This document shows, piece after piece, positions 39,779-49,581 of a stretch of DNA of 64,000 nt. The notes under the pieces are model-generated. The model did no database searches and was not told where the DNA came from. It was given only the letters and a program-made list of their open reading frames with translations. The first letter of the stretch is position 1. Every line of letters starts with the position of its first letter. The stretch is from an uncultured delta proteobacterium (GTDB lineage Bacteria > Desulfobacterota > Binatia > JACPRU01). The stretch spans positions 1 to 64,000 of the forward strand of contig CAVUWD010000016.1 of assembly GCA_963745025.1 (NCBI GenBank), written 5' to 3'. Both the position numbers and the translations under genes were made by a program.

Positions 39779-41644
39779 CTACGGCCCGCCGCCGCATTGC
39801 GAGGCCGCGTCGGCATGCTCGAGGAGGACGCGGCGTACTTCCTCGATGGTCTCGGGGTTTCCCTGCGTCGAGTGATCGGACCGCACGACCGTCTCCGACT
39901 CGACGCCCTCGATGTGCGCGCTCGTGTACTCGACCACGCCATCGTTCCCGGATTCGATGGGGCCATCGCCCTTGACCGGAATGATCGAGTGGACGACCAC
40001 CCCCGGAGCGATCGGGGTCTCGGAGATCAACCTGATGAACCGATGCTTCGGCGACATGTTGTCGACGGCGGTCATGCTGCCGAGATCCGCAACCGTGAAG
40101 GCACTCGGGTTCGCGCCCGTCACGTCGCCCATCAGGCCGGTCAGTCGCTTCGGAAGGCTCACCAGGCTCGCGATCAGCCGCCGTACGACGTCGCGCGAGG
40201 CGAGGTAGCTGCCGCGGTGAGGGGTGGCGATGAACACGACGCGGCGCACGAACGGCAGCGGCTTCACGAACGCCATTTGGCGAATCATCTCTCGCTGCTC
40301 GTCGGTCATCTGCACTTCTTCGAAGGGCTTGTTGCTGACGGCCCTCCAGAACCGATCGCCGGAGTCGATGACCGTCATTTTCGTCAGCAGACCGCCTTGG
40401 CTGTGGCCGATCACGACCATGTCGCGAAGGCACGCATCGCGACCGGACGGGTCCATGCTGTCCACCGCCTCACTGAGGTCCTTCCGGAACAAATAGGACG
40501 AATAGGCGATTGGACTCCCGGAATTGTAGAAGAAGAACCACGGCTCGAACTCGCGATGGATGCGCGGGTCGTTGTCGAGAACGTTGAGCATCTCCGCCCA
40601 GCGGCCGGGGCTCGAGTAGGTGCCGTGCACGAAGACGACGGGGATTCTACCCACCCGATGCGGTCGCAGCCCGAACAAGCGGCCTTCATCTATTTTCAGC
40701 GTGGTCAGACCGCCGAAAAAAGCCTGCAGCTCCTGCTTCCAGACCGGCGAGTCGGCGAGCATCGCGGCGATAGTCGCCGTTTGCTCGCGCTCGAGAGGCA
40801 CACCCTGCGCCCCGATCGACAGCGTCTTCGGATCGGGGGTGGGGTGCAGGTCGAGCCTCGCGTGAACCGTTCCGGCGGTGAGCTGCTTGCGGACGTCCTC
40901 GACGACGAGCACCGCCGTGACCGGGATCTTCAGACGCGGCGCGAGAAAGTCGGTCGAATGATCGGGGTCTTCGGCGGCCGCGCTGGCGGCGAGCGGCGCG
41001 CCGATGCCGCCGGTACGAAATCGGCTGCGTAGGCCGTGGACCTCGAGCTCGGCGACGGGAACGAAATCACGAAGGTGGCGGCCGTTCCACTCCAGGCTTG
41101 CTTCGTCGAATTCGATCTTGAGCTGGCCGAATGGCAGAGGGAACGTCCCTCCGTGAAGGTCGACGTATTCGCCGTCGGCCGTCGACAGGCCTTCGGTGAG
41201 GGCCCGGTTATACAGATCCGAGGCGACGCGCAGCCGCGGGTCGAAAGGGTCGGGCGCATGGTCGCCGAACAGATAGCTCCACGCGTAGAGCGCGGCGGCC
41301 AAATACCAGGATCGGTTTTTCGTCTTTTCGGCGTGCAGGAACGAGAGCTCGGCGAGCGCGAAGTAGAGATCGTTCTCGCCGGTGCCGAGCGCGAGGGAGC
41401 GTAGGTCGGCTAGAGCCTGCTCGGGATCCTCGTCGAAGCGGTCCGCGACGTCGAGTCGGTTGAGCTCGTTGCGCGAGAACAAGCTCGGCTCGTCGCCCGA
41501 GAGCGCGCTCGCCGTGAGCTGGCGGCCCACCGTGCGCGCATCGGCGCGCGTGACGCCGACGGGAACGGCCGCGCAACCGGTCACGGCGAGCACCGCGATC
41601 AGCGCCAAGGACCAACCAGAGCGATTGAGGAGCCCGCGTGTCAT
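39779..41644 (-). CDS. Alpha/beta hydrolase lipoprotein (esterase/lipase)
   Basis: Lipobox VTGC; PVVFVHG, GHSQGG nucleophile elbow, ATPHRGS, NDGVV and a C-terminal His. Confidence 0.88.
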   Translation of the reverse strand: MTRGLLNRSGWSLALIAVLAVTGCAAVPVGVTRADARTVGRQLTASALSGDEPSLFSRNELNRLDVADRFDEDPEQALADLRSLALGTGENDLYFALAELSFLHAEKTKNRSWYLAAALYAWSYLFGDHAPDPFDPRLRVASDLYNRALTEGLSTADGEYVDLHGGTFPLPFGQLKIEFDEASLEWNGRHLRDFVPVAELEVHGLRSRFRTGGIGAPLAASAAAEDPDHSTDFLAPRLKIPVTAVLVVEDVRKQLTAGTVHARLDLHPTPDPKTLSIGAQGVPLEREQTATIAAMLADSPVWKQELQAFFGGLTTLKIDEGRLFGLRPHRVGRIPVVFVHGTYSSPGRWAEMLNVLDNDPRIHREFEPWFFFYNSGSPIAYSSYLFRKDLSEAVDSMDPSGRDACLRDMVVIGHSQGGLLTKMTVIDSGDRFWRAVSNKPFEEVQMTDEQREMIRQMAFVKPLPFVRRVVFIATPHRGSYLASRDVVRRLIASLVSLPKRLTGLMGDVTGANPSAFTVADLGSMTAVDNMSPKHRFIRLISETPIAPGVVVHSIIPVKGDGPIESGNDGVVEYTSAHIEGVESETVVRSDHSTQGNPETIEEVRRVLLEHADAASQCGGGP

Positions 41645-41887
41645 TTCTTCGCGGAGGACTCACGTCACAACAACGTGAGCTTGCCAAGGGGGTAGACCGA
41701 GGGTGGGATGCCGCAGGGTCACACAGGGACTCCGACACTTTCGCGGTGGGTACTGGAGGCGTCGAGGGCGCGGTCGTGGCGCCTCTCGGCTTGCTGACCG
41801 CTTTCAAATTCTCCGGCGCGTACACCCCGCTCGACGCCCGTCGGCAGTAGTTTGCCCCAGTCCTCGACGGGGCGATTGGAGGTCATT

Positions 41888-41941
41888 TGCGTCGTTCCAG
41901 CCCATCGTGATCACTGATTCCGGGCGATGGAGACAGTCATC
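41888..41941. mobile_element. Orphan IS21-family-like terminal sequence
   Basis: TGCGTCGTTCCAGCCCATCGTGATCACTGATTCCGGGCGATGGAGACAGTCATC matches the TG-initiated, internally repeated ATCGTGATCAC.GATTCCGG ends recalled for IS21-family elements; no istAB nearby. Confidence 0.5.
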
Positions 41942-42007
41942 TATAGGGCTCGTAATCGCCGCTGAGAGGTCGCCCCTGACGAGGGGATGACCGGGAAGAG
42001 GATCACA

Positions 42008-42772
42008 TCAGGCCGACGCCTTGGCCGCCGCCGCGCGTGCCGCGCGAACGGAGTCGTTGGTCTGATTGAAGAGGATCGCGCGCGCTTTTTCCTCTTCCTC
42101 CGGTGTCCGTTGGCGGTCGCGCCACTCTTTCCCGACGTTGAAACCCCGCTCGACGGCGGGGCGCCCCCGCAGTTCCTCGACCCAGCGCTTCACGTTGGGG
42201 AACATCTCCCACAGGGACTCGTCGATCAGGCGTCCGAGGAGCATCGCCCAGGGCCAGGTGATGATGTCCGCGATGCTATAGTCGGCACCCGCCAAGTAGC
42301 GCTGCGCCGAGAGCTGCGCATCCATGACACCGCACAGCCGTTCGACCTCTCCGACGAAACGCTTGGTGCCGTACTCGAGCTGCTTCGGGTCGTCGATCAG
42401 CCGCTTGGCGTAGTTCTTGAAGTGGTTGGCGTTGCCCATCATCGGCCCGAGATTCGCCATCTGCCAGTAGACCCACTGCAGCACCCGGTAGCGGCCGCGC
42501 GGCTCCCTCGGCAGGAACTTGCCGCTCTTGTCGGCCAGGTACTCGAGGATCGCGCCCGACTCGAAGATCGTGATCGGATCGCCGCCGCCGAGCGGCACGT
42601 GGTCGACGATTGCCGGCATGCGGTTGTTCGGACTGAGGCGCAGGAATTCGGGCTTGAACTGATCGCCCGCGCCGATGTCGACGGGGACGATCGAGTACGG
42701 CAGGCCGCACTCCTCCAGCATGATGGTCACTTTCCACCCGTTCGGGGTCGGCCAGTAGTAGACGTCGATCAT
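42008..42772 (-). CDS. Glutathione S-transferase (YfcG/YghU-like, Nu class)
   Basis: MIDVYYWPTPNG, SPNNRMPAI, IFESGAIL.YLA and YSIADI motifs. Confidence 0.93.
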   Translation of the reverse strand: MIDVYYWPTPNGWKVTIMLEECGLPYSIVPVDIGAGDQFKPEFLRLSPNNRMPAIVDHVPLGGGDPITIFESGAILEYLADKSGKFLPREPRGRYRVLQWVYWQMANLGPMMGNANHFKNYAKRLIDDPKQLEYGTKRFVGEVERLCGVMDAQLSAQRYLAGADYSIADIITWPWAMLLGRLIDESLWEMFPNVKRWVEELRGRPAVERGFNVGKEWRDRQRTPEEEEKARAILFNQTNDSVRAARAAAAKASA

Positions 42773-42889
42773 GATGCGCAAGATGCGCTGGCGGCGAAGC
42801 CAAGGCAACCGTTGCAGAGGTCTGCCTTCGTCTATCCCCCAAGGCTGGGGTTGCTGCTACAAACTGCCCGCAACTCTTCAAGCCACCCC

Positions 42890-44500
42890 GTGCGTAACGA
42901 GCCACTTCGAGACTGCTTCTGGATCTTCCTCGCCGGCCCTTTGATCGCGCTGACGCTGCAGCCGTTCCAGGACACGCCGCTGATCGACGACTGGACCTAC
43001 GCGTGGTCGGTGGAGTGGCTGCTCGAGCACGGCCAGTTGCGGATGCTCGATTGGAACCTCCACATCAACCCCGTTCATGTAGCCTGGGGCTGGCTGTTCT
43101 GCTTGCCCGCGGGATTTTCGTTCGTGGCGCTGCGGGTCTCGACGTTCGTGTCGGCGCTGGCGTGCGTGTGCGGCGTTTACATGCTGCTGCGCGAGCTGGA
43201 GGTGTCGCGGCGCGACGCGCTGCTCGGCGCGGGGGTGCTGGGACTGAACCCGATATTTTTCTTCCTCGGGATTTCGTTCATGACGGACGTGCCGTTCCTG
43301 GCACTGACGGCGTGGGCGGGCTGGGCGATGGTGCGCGCGTTGCGCGAGCGCAGCGACGGCTGGCTGGTGGCGGCATCGGCGTTGGCGGCGCTGGCGCTGG
43401 GCGTGCGTCAGGTGGGCGTGGTGATGCCGGTGGCGATGGCGATGGCGCTGCTGTTTCACGCGGAGAATTGGGGACGGCGACCGCGGCGCGTGCTGGTGGC
43501 ATTGCTGCCGCTGGCGTTTCTGGGACCGTTGCTCTGGTGGAGAGCGACTTGCACGGTGCACGTGGCGGACCTCTCCGACCTGGAGGCTGCACCGATGAAC
43601 AAGTTCTCGAATCTGCGTTACTCGCTGCCGCTGTTGCCGAAGATGTTGGCGTGGAACTTGGCCTTCACGGCCTCCGCTCTCGGCGTGGCGATGTTCCCGC
43701 TGGCGATGGCGTGCGTCCGGCGCGAGTTGTGTGGGCGCGCGTTGCTCGTCTTCGCGGTCGCGCTGGCCGCGCTGGTGGCAACGGTGTGGTGGCTGAAGCT
43801 GGCGTTCGCGCCGCCGTTTGCCGCAAGACAGACGTGGGCGCTTGGCGAACTGGGCACGACGGAGCCATTCGTGGCGAATTACACGTCGTTGACTGCTCCC
43901 GCTTGGGCGCTCTGGTCAGCGACGGTGGCGGCCGTCGCGTCGTTCGCGGTCGTGGTGGCAGCGTCTTGGCGTCGGCTGCGCGTGCGCGGCGAGGCATTCA
44001 TTGCGTGGCTGGCGCTGGGTCTGTTCCTGTTGTCGGCGGTGCTGTGGTTGTTCTACGACCGCTACTCGCTGCCGTTGGTGCCTTGCGTGACGGCGTTGTT
44101 GCTGGCGGGCCAGCCGGCGCTGCGGCGGCGCGCGGCGGCGCTGGCGCTCGCGTTGTTTGGCGTCGCGTCGTGGATCGGCGTGCGCGATCACCTCGCCTAC
44201 AACGGCGCGGTGTGGGACGCGGTGAAGTCGTTGCGTCAGTCGGGCGCGCGGGTATCGGAGATCGACGGCGGCTATGTGGTCAACGGCTGGTTCCAATACG
44301 CGCACCCACAGGACGCGCCGCGGGACGCGCAGGGGGGTATCGTCGTGCCCGGCATGACGACCAATTTCGTCTCCCTCCGCTACAAGATCGCCAACGAGCC
44401 GATGTCCGGTTGGAAAGAATTGCGCGCCTTCGGTTACCGGCGCTGGCTCGGCCGCTCGGGGAAGATTTACGTGCTCGAACAAGAGTCGGCGCAGCGGTAA
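42890..44500 (+). CDS. ArnT/GT39-like (GT-C) membrane glycosyltransferase
   Basis: First-loop acidic pair PLIDDWTY, SFMTDVP, RQ, YDRYSLP, many TM helices, DGGY; start approximate. Confidence 0.8.
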   Translation: MRNEPLRDCFWIFLAGPLIALTLQPFQDTPLIDDWTYAWSVEWLLEHGQLRMLDWNLHINPVHVAWGWLFCLPAGFSFVALRVSTFVSALACVCGVYMLLRELEVSRRDALLGAGVLGLNPIFFFLGISFMTDVPFLALTAWAGWAMVRALRERSDGWLVAASALAALALGVRQVGVVMPVAMAMALLFHAENWGRRPRRVLVALLPLAFLGPLLWWRATCTVHVADLSDLEAAPMNKFSNLRYSLPLLPKMLAWNLAFTASALGVAMFPLAMACVRRELCGRALLVFAVALAALVATVWWLKLAFAPPFAARQTWALGELGTTEPFVANYTSLTAPAWALWSATVAAVASFAVVVAASWRRLRVRGEAFIAWLALGLFLLSAVLWLFYDRYSLPLVPCVTALLLAGQPALRRRAAALALALFGVASWIGVRDHLAYNGAVWDAVKSLRQSGARVSEIDGGYVVNGWFQYAHPQDAPRDAQGGIVVPGMTTNFVSLRYKIANEPMSGWKELRAFGYRRWLGRSGKIYVLEQESAQR

Positions 44501-44583
44501 CGTACACGACCAAAATGGTCATCAAAGGAGACGCGATCAACATGCAACATCTCGCTTGGATTCTTGGCCGGGCCGATGCCGCT

Positions 44584-45072
44584 CTAGTGCCGGCGGAGCG
44601 GCGCCACCGGATCCAGCCTCGCCTCCAGGAAGATCGCCCCCGGGATCGGATTGTGCCGGTACGGCAGGATGGGGGCGAAGCCGAGCGAGTAGTAGAGCGC
44701 GAGCGCTGCGTCCATGCCCGGCACGGTATCCAGCCGCATGAAGCGGTACCCGATGGCGCGCGCCTCCGCGAGGCCGCGGCCCAGGCCGAGGCCACGGTAC
44801 GCCGGCCGCACATACATCCGCTTCATCTCGCAGTGCTCGCCATCGATGCGACGGAGCGCCACGCAGCCCGCGGGCTGCCCGTCCACCCAGGCGAGCAGGA
44901 TCCGGCCGGACGGCGGCGCGTACGCGCCCGGGAGCGATTCCAGCTCGGCGTCGAAGTCCTGGAACTCCAGCCCGAACGAGAGCGAGCCTGCGTACTCGAG
45001 GAAGAGATCGTGTGCGGTGTGCAGGTCCGCGCCCTCTTCGGCGGGGCGAATGTCGCAGGTTCGACTCGGCAC
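44584..45072 (-). CDS. GNAT family N-acetyltransferase
   Basis: LPGAYAPPSG, CEMKRMYVRPAYRGLGLGR, MRLDT and LYYSLGF motifs. Confidence 0.9.
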   Translation of the reverse strand: MPSRTCDIRPAEEGADLHTAHDLFLEYAGSLSFGLEFQDFDAELESLPGAYAPPSGRILLAWVDGQPAGCVALRRIDGEHCEMKRMYVRPAYRGLGLGRGLAEARAIGYRFMRLDTVPGMDAALALYYSLGFAPILPYRHNPIPGAIFLEARLDPVAPLRRH

Positions 45073-45161
45073 GCGCCGCGGGCGTGGCGCCTATGGAATC
45101 GCCACGTGGTGGCTGCAGGGTTCGGTCGCTTGGGCTGAGCGACCTTGCCGTAGCCCTGGGG

Positions 45162-45476
45162 CTAGCGACCGTAGGTCTTGACGGCTCGCTCGATGGCGGG
45201 GCCCGCTTTGGCAAGATCCTCCGGGATCATCACCGGATGGAGCTCGATGCTGGCGTTGAAGGCGAGGAACCACGGCTCGGCAATCGCGGGGATCTGTGAC
45301 GCGTCCTTCATGTCGAGCACGATGAACCCCGTGCGTTGGCCGTTGTCGTCGGTGAAGTAGGCGGCCTCGGGCTTCAGGCCTTTCAGAATGGATTGGATGG
45401 TTTCGCCGAGCTTTCCGGCCTTCGCGGCCGCATTGCCCGCGTCGACGGGGATGTTCACCTTGAGCAGGAAGCGCAT
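45162..45476 (-). CDS. Small conserved hypothetical protein (GYD/DUF3303-like)
   Basis: LKPEAAYF...GQRT...SQIPAIAEPWF...PVM pattern; RBS GGAGG. Confidence 0.8.
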   Translation of the reverse strand: MRFLLKVNIPVDAGNAAAKAGKLGETIQSILKGLKPEAAYFTDDNGQRTGFIVLDMKDASQIPAIAEPWFLAFNASIELHPVMIPEDLAKAGPAIERAVKTYGR

Positions 45477-45857
45477 GGATTACCTCCGGTTTGAGCGTGC
45501 ACGTACTATCGACAGTGCTGCGTATAGCCGACTCGGATCAACGATAGCCACTGGTGCGCTGAGAAAAAACAACCGGGATCGCGTTGGGCTTCGTACACAC
45601 CGTTGCACAGCGGCCGTCCGGGGATGTGCTATTAGCCCCAGGGGGATACTGGAGAATCACGTGAACTCCTTTCACGGAGAGCGGGGTCTCGCAGGACGGC
45701 TTAGCGCTCGCCGCCGAAATCAGGTTGAACGGCCGCGAGTTCTTCCGCAGGCGCTGGCGGCGGTGACCACCGGGTGCCTACCTTCAAGAGTTGGGATCGA
45801 TCTGGTGACCGCCGCCGCCCGTTCCCGGCGCGGTCAACAGCATCGCCGGAGGAGACG

Positions 45858-47130
45858 ATGAACGATTTCATGCTGGATGAGCAGGGACGCGCGCTGCAAG
45901 ACAAGGCGCGCGAATTCGTCAAGAACGAGGTTGACCCGGAATACCTGCGGCGCATGGACCGCGACGAGATCCGCTTCCCCCGTGCGCTCTACGAGTCCTA
46001 CTCGAAGCACCAGCTCCTCGGGCTGCGCTTTTCTCCGCAGTACGGTGGCCAAGGAGCCAGTTGGGTCAATGAATGCGCCGCCATGGGAGAGATCGGCGCG
46101 CTGGGGATGGCCGCCGGCTGCGCCTACGTCATGCCCTCGATCGTTGGCGAGGCGCTGAACACGTTTGGAACCGAGGAGCAGAAACGAACGCTATCTCAAA
46201 CCGATGCTGGAGGGGAAGTTGGTCTCCGCCGAAGCTCTGACCGAGCCGCGCGGCGGCTCGGATTTCTTCGGCGCCAGCAGCCGCGCCGAAGACAAGGGCG
46301 ATCACTTCGTCGTGCGCGGCATGAAACGCTTCATCGTCGGCGCCGAAGGCGCGGACTTCTTTCTCGCGTACGTGCGCACCAACTCCGCCGTCGAGGCGCC
46401 GGCGCATCAGCGGATCAGCGCGATGATCATCGACCGCGGCCCCGGCGTGGAGGTGAAGTACCTCTACGGCCTGATGGGCACGCGCGGCGGCGGCACCGGA
46501 CGCGTGGTGTTCCGTGACGTCAAGGTGCCCAAGGCCAACCTCATCGGCCCGCTGCACGGCGGCGCCTTGGTGTTCAACACCATGATGATCCCCGAACGCC
46601 TGACCAGCGCGGCGCCGTGCACCGGAATGATGCAGGCGTGCCTGGACGTGGCGATGAACTACGCCGACCGTCGCAAGGCCTTCGGCACGCCGATCCGCAA
46701 GTTCCAGGCGGTGAGCTTCATGATTGCCAAGGCCCAGGTGCTCATCGACGCCAGCAAGGCGATGATCTATCAGGCGGCGCGCGCCGCGGATGTCGGCGCC
46801 CCGACGGTGCGTCGCATCGTCTCCGAGACCAAGAAGTTCGTCACCGAGGCGGCGTGGGACGTCGCCAACCTCGCCATGCAGATCACCGGCGGCATCGGCT
46901 ACACCGACGTCTACCCGATCGAACGTGCCGTGCGCGACACACGCCTGGCGCAGATCTGGACGGGCACCAACGAGATCATGAGCGTCATGATCCAGCACGA
47001 TCTCTACCAGGAGTTCCACGCCAGCCGCGGTCGCTACCGCGACTTCGAGCACGACGCCATGCACGCCGACGACTCGGAGAAGATCTTCGACGACGACGAT
47101 ATGTGGAAGGTCTACGACCAGCAGAAATGA
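45858..47130 (+). CDS. Acyl-CoA dehydrogenase (one frameshift near 46185)
   Basis: MNDFMLDEQ...FGTEEQK joins RYLKPMLEG...[10 protein letters not shown]...[17 protein letters not shown]...IWTGTNEI after a 1-nt shift; RBS GGAGG. Confidence 0.9.
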
Positions 47131-47187
47131 CTGCTTGGCCGGTTGCTTCGCGCGTGTCGGTCGGGCGAAGCTGGGGTGGGTCATGGG

Positions 47188-47406
47188 TCATGTCGGGCTC
47201 CTCAGCCGCCACCGCCGCACCGCGACGAACGACCAGATGGCTTCCACTACTCCGAACGGCCACGCCCCTTGAAGGAATCCGTAGGCCGACCCCAAGGCAC
47301 ACGCCGCGGCGAATCCCAAAACAAACCAGTGGCTATGATCCTCGAGCGCGTAGCACACCAGCATCGCCGTCACCGCGAACAACCCAAAGAGCGTCAGCGG
47401 ATCCAT
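47188..47406 (-). CDS. Small conserved membrane protein
   Basis: 72 aa with three hydrophobic segments; YALE and YGFLQGAWPFGVVEAIW motifs. Confidence 0.8.
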   Translation of the reverse strand: MDPLTLFGLFAVTAMLVCYALEDHSHWFVLGFAAACALGSAYGFLQGAWPFGVVEAIWSFVAVRRWRLRSPT

Positions 47407-47521
47407 CGGTCCGAGTGCCTGCTTGAGACGCCGTGGTGGGCGGTGGCGTCACTGTTCCTGCCTGCACCTACCCCGGGAGGGCGCGCGATCCACGACCTGT
47501 TGATCGCCGGCTCCACCGAGG

Positions 47522-49378
47522 CTACCGCGAAAGACCATCGGCCCCGCTCGCGTTCCCTGGCGGCTCGGGCCCCATGGCGGGCAAACGCTCGGCGAAGACG
47601 ACCGGCGTGCGCGCGCTCTCGCCGCGCTCCTCGCCCGCGAAGCGCTCGCGCCACAGCGCCGCATCCGCTCGCCGAGCGGCTCGCCGCCATTCGACGTCCG
47701 AGAGCACGTAGAACCCCGGACTGGGATTCTCGGCGCACGACCCTTCGGACGTGACCCGGGCGCGCTCGGGTTCCGCAAGGTAAAGGAGCAACACCAGGCT
47801 CGTGTCCTCGCCGATGCCGCAAATCCTGAGGTCGCTCGCCGCAGGCATGGACCGGTCGATGCTCGTTACGAGGGTCTTCGGTGAGAGCTGCCTGGCCATC
47901 ACGGCCCCGACAGTCGGCACGACGGCGGCGTAGAAGATTCCGAGACAGACCCATGCGGCGACGAGCGCCGCGCCGCGATCGCGCTTGCCGAGCGCGCGCA
48001 GCAGCGCACCGAGAGCGATCAGGCAGGCGGCGCCAGCGCCGAAGCCGACGGCCGCATCGAGCGGGCCGAGCGACCCGTTTTCCACCCAGGCCCGCACGGC
48101 CGGCGGAGCCGCCACGGCGCCAATGAGTGCGGCCAGCGCGCAGGCGAGCGCCGGACGTGCCCCGCGGCGAAGCTCATCGCCGATTCCGACAAACGGCAGC
48201 GGCGCCCCAAGCAGAACCACGCGATCGAGATACCATCCGACGAGCAGCGCTTCGGCGGGCAGCGCCGGCAGCAGATACGCGCGGCGCTTGTACGCGGCGA
48301 TCTGGAAGAAGGCGATCACGGCGATCCACCAGGCCGCGCAGAACACCGCCGCGGGCTCGCGTCGGCGCCACACGGCGACGAGCGCGACGAGCGCGACGAG
48401 GCTCCAGGGAAACGAGTCGAGCAGCCAGGGCAGCAGGTAGAAATCCTCGCGCATGCGCCCGGTCATGCCGACGAACTGGTTGAAGTTTTCGGCGACGAGC
48501 TGGGAGCGCACGACCGCGCCGCCGCTCGCCGCGTTCGAGAGCACGTACCACGGCAGCGCGACCGCGAGCGCCGCGAGCAGCGCCGTGAGCCACGCCAACC
48601 CGCGCGGCGCCGCCGGGGGGCCCGGCAGAAACGGCGCCACCGCGAGGAACGTGCCGCAGGCGAGCCCCGGAAGAACGATTCCGAGCGGCCCCTTGGCCAG
48701 CACGGCGAGGCCGGCGACGGCGCCGGCGAAGGCAAGCCAGCCCGAGCGCCGCTCGAGCAGCGCACGTCCGGCGCACAGCGTGGCGAGCGTCGTGAGCGAG
48801 GCGAGCAACATGTCCACGCGGCCGAAGCGCGCCTGGTACGAGAACTGGAAGGTCGTGAGCAGCACGGCGGCGGCGAACAGCGCGGCGCGCCCGCCGACGA
48901 GTGGAGTGCCGGCGGCGGCCACCGCGAAGATCAACAGCGATGCCGCCAGCGCCGAAGGCGCGCGCAGCGCCCACTCGTCGAACCGGCGTGCCAGCTCCTT
49001 CCTCGAAGCTGCAGGCGGGCCGAAGAGCCGGGTGCGTGCCCACACGGCTGACGCCGCCAACCAGTGGAACAGTGGCGGCTTGTCGGGGATCCTTTCGCCG
49101 TTCTCGAGGTGGTTCGCCACCGACGGCGCGACGAAGTTTCCCGAGGCAAGCATCGCTCGCGCGTAGACGCCTTCGCGGGCTTCGTTCGCGACGTAGACCG
49201 GCGCCTCGCCGAGGCGGTTGAAGCAGGCCACCACGGCCCAGGCGACGAGCGCCGCGATCCACGGCCCGCGCCGCCGCGATCTCGCTGGCTCGGCGCAGCT
49301 CGAGACCGATGCGCTGCAGTCGATGGCGGGTGTCGGCAAAGGTATCGGCGAGGAAATCATTGATGCGTTCGCCCGCAT
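47522..49378 (-). CDS. ArnT-family (GT-C) glycosyltransferase (true start probably slightly downstream)
   Basis: [38 protein letters not shown] and KRRAYLLP motifs. Confidence 0.9.
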   Translation of the reverse strand: MRANASMISSPIPLPTPAIDCSASVSSCAEPARSRRRGPWIAALVAWAVVACFNRLGEAPVYVANEAREGVYARAMLASGNFVAPSVANHLENGERIPDKPPLFHWLAASAVWARTRLFGPPAASRKELARRFDEWALRAPSALAASLLIFAVAAAGTPLVGGRAALFAAAVLLTTFQFSYQARFGRVDMLLASLTTLATLCAGRALLERRSGWLAFAGAVAGLAVLAKGPLGIVLPGLACGTFLAVAPFLPGPPAAPRGLAWLTALLAALAVALPWYVLSNAASGGAVVRSQLVAENFNQFVGMTGRMREDFYLLPWLLDSFPWSLVALVALVAVWRRREPAAVFCAAWWIAVIAFFQIAAYKRRAYLLPALPAEALLVGWYLDRVVLLGAPLPFVGIGDELRRGARPALACALAALIGAVAAPPAVRAWVENGSLGPLDAAVGFGAGAACLIALGALLRALGKRDRGAALVAAWVCLGIFYAAVVPTVGAVMARQLSPKTLVTSIDRSMPAASDLRICGIGEDTSLVLLLYLAEPERARVTSEGSCAENPSPGFYVLSDVEWRRAARRADAALWRERFAGEERGESARTPVVFAERLPAMGPEPPGNASGADGLSR

Positions 49379-49581
49379 CTCCCCAAGGTCGGTGACGCCG
49401 CCCTACTCCCGCTCTCCGCCACGGCGTTGATCGGCGAGTTCGGCGAAGTAGATCTCGGGTGCCTCCGCTCCGATCGCAATGTTGATCTCGCTTTGCGCGA
49501 GCACATAGTCGCGATCTGGTTGTACCGCCCACGGCTCATTCCCTGGCCCTTGAGGTATTTTCTCGGCAAGACGTGATGAAC
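49355..49581 (-). pseudogene. C-terminal fragment of a DUF262/DUF1524 (GmrSD-like) restriction endonuclease
   Basis: [24 protein letters not shown](frameshift)[23 protein letters not shown]...*GGVTD..EMRAN: HNH-type HHxxP...N...N pattern with a frameshift and an internal stop. Confidence 0.65.

Noticed and set aside
41987-44500. 837-aa ORF as a single protein
   Set aside because: The first ~300 codons are the antisense of the GST gene; only ~42890 onward looks like a GT-C protein.
45640-45780. Glycine-riboswitch-like leader before the ACAD
   Set aside because: Only scattered GGAGAG / CCGAA / CAGG fragments; I could not build the conserved structure. An Rfam scan would settle it.
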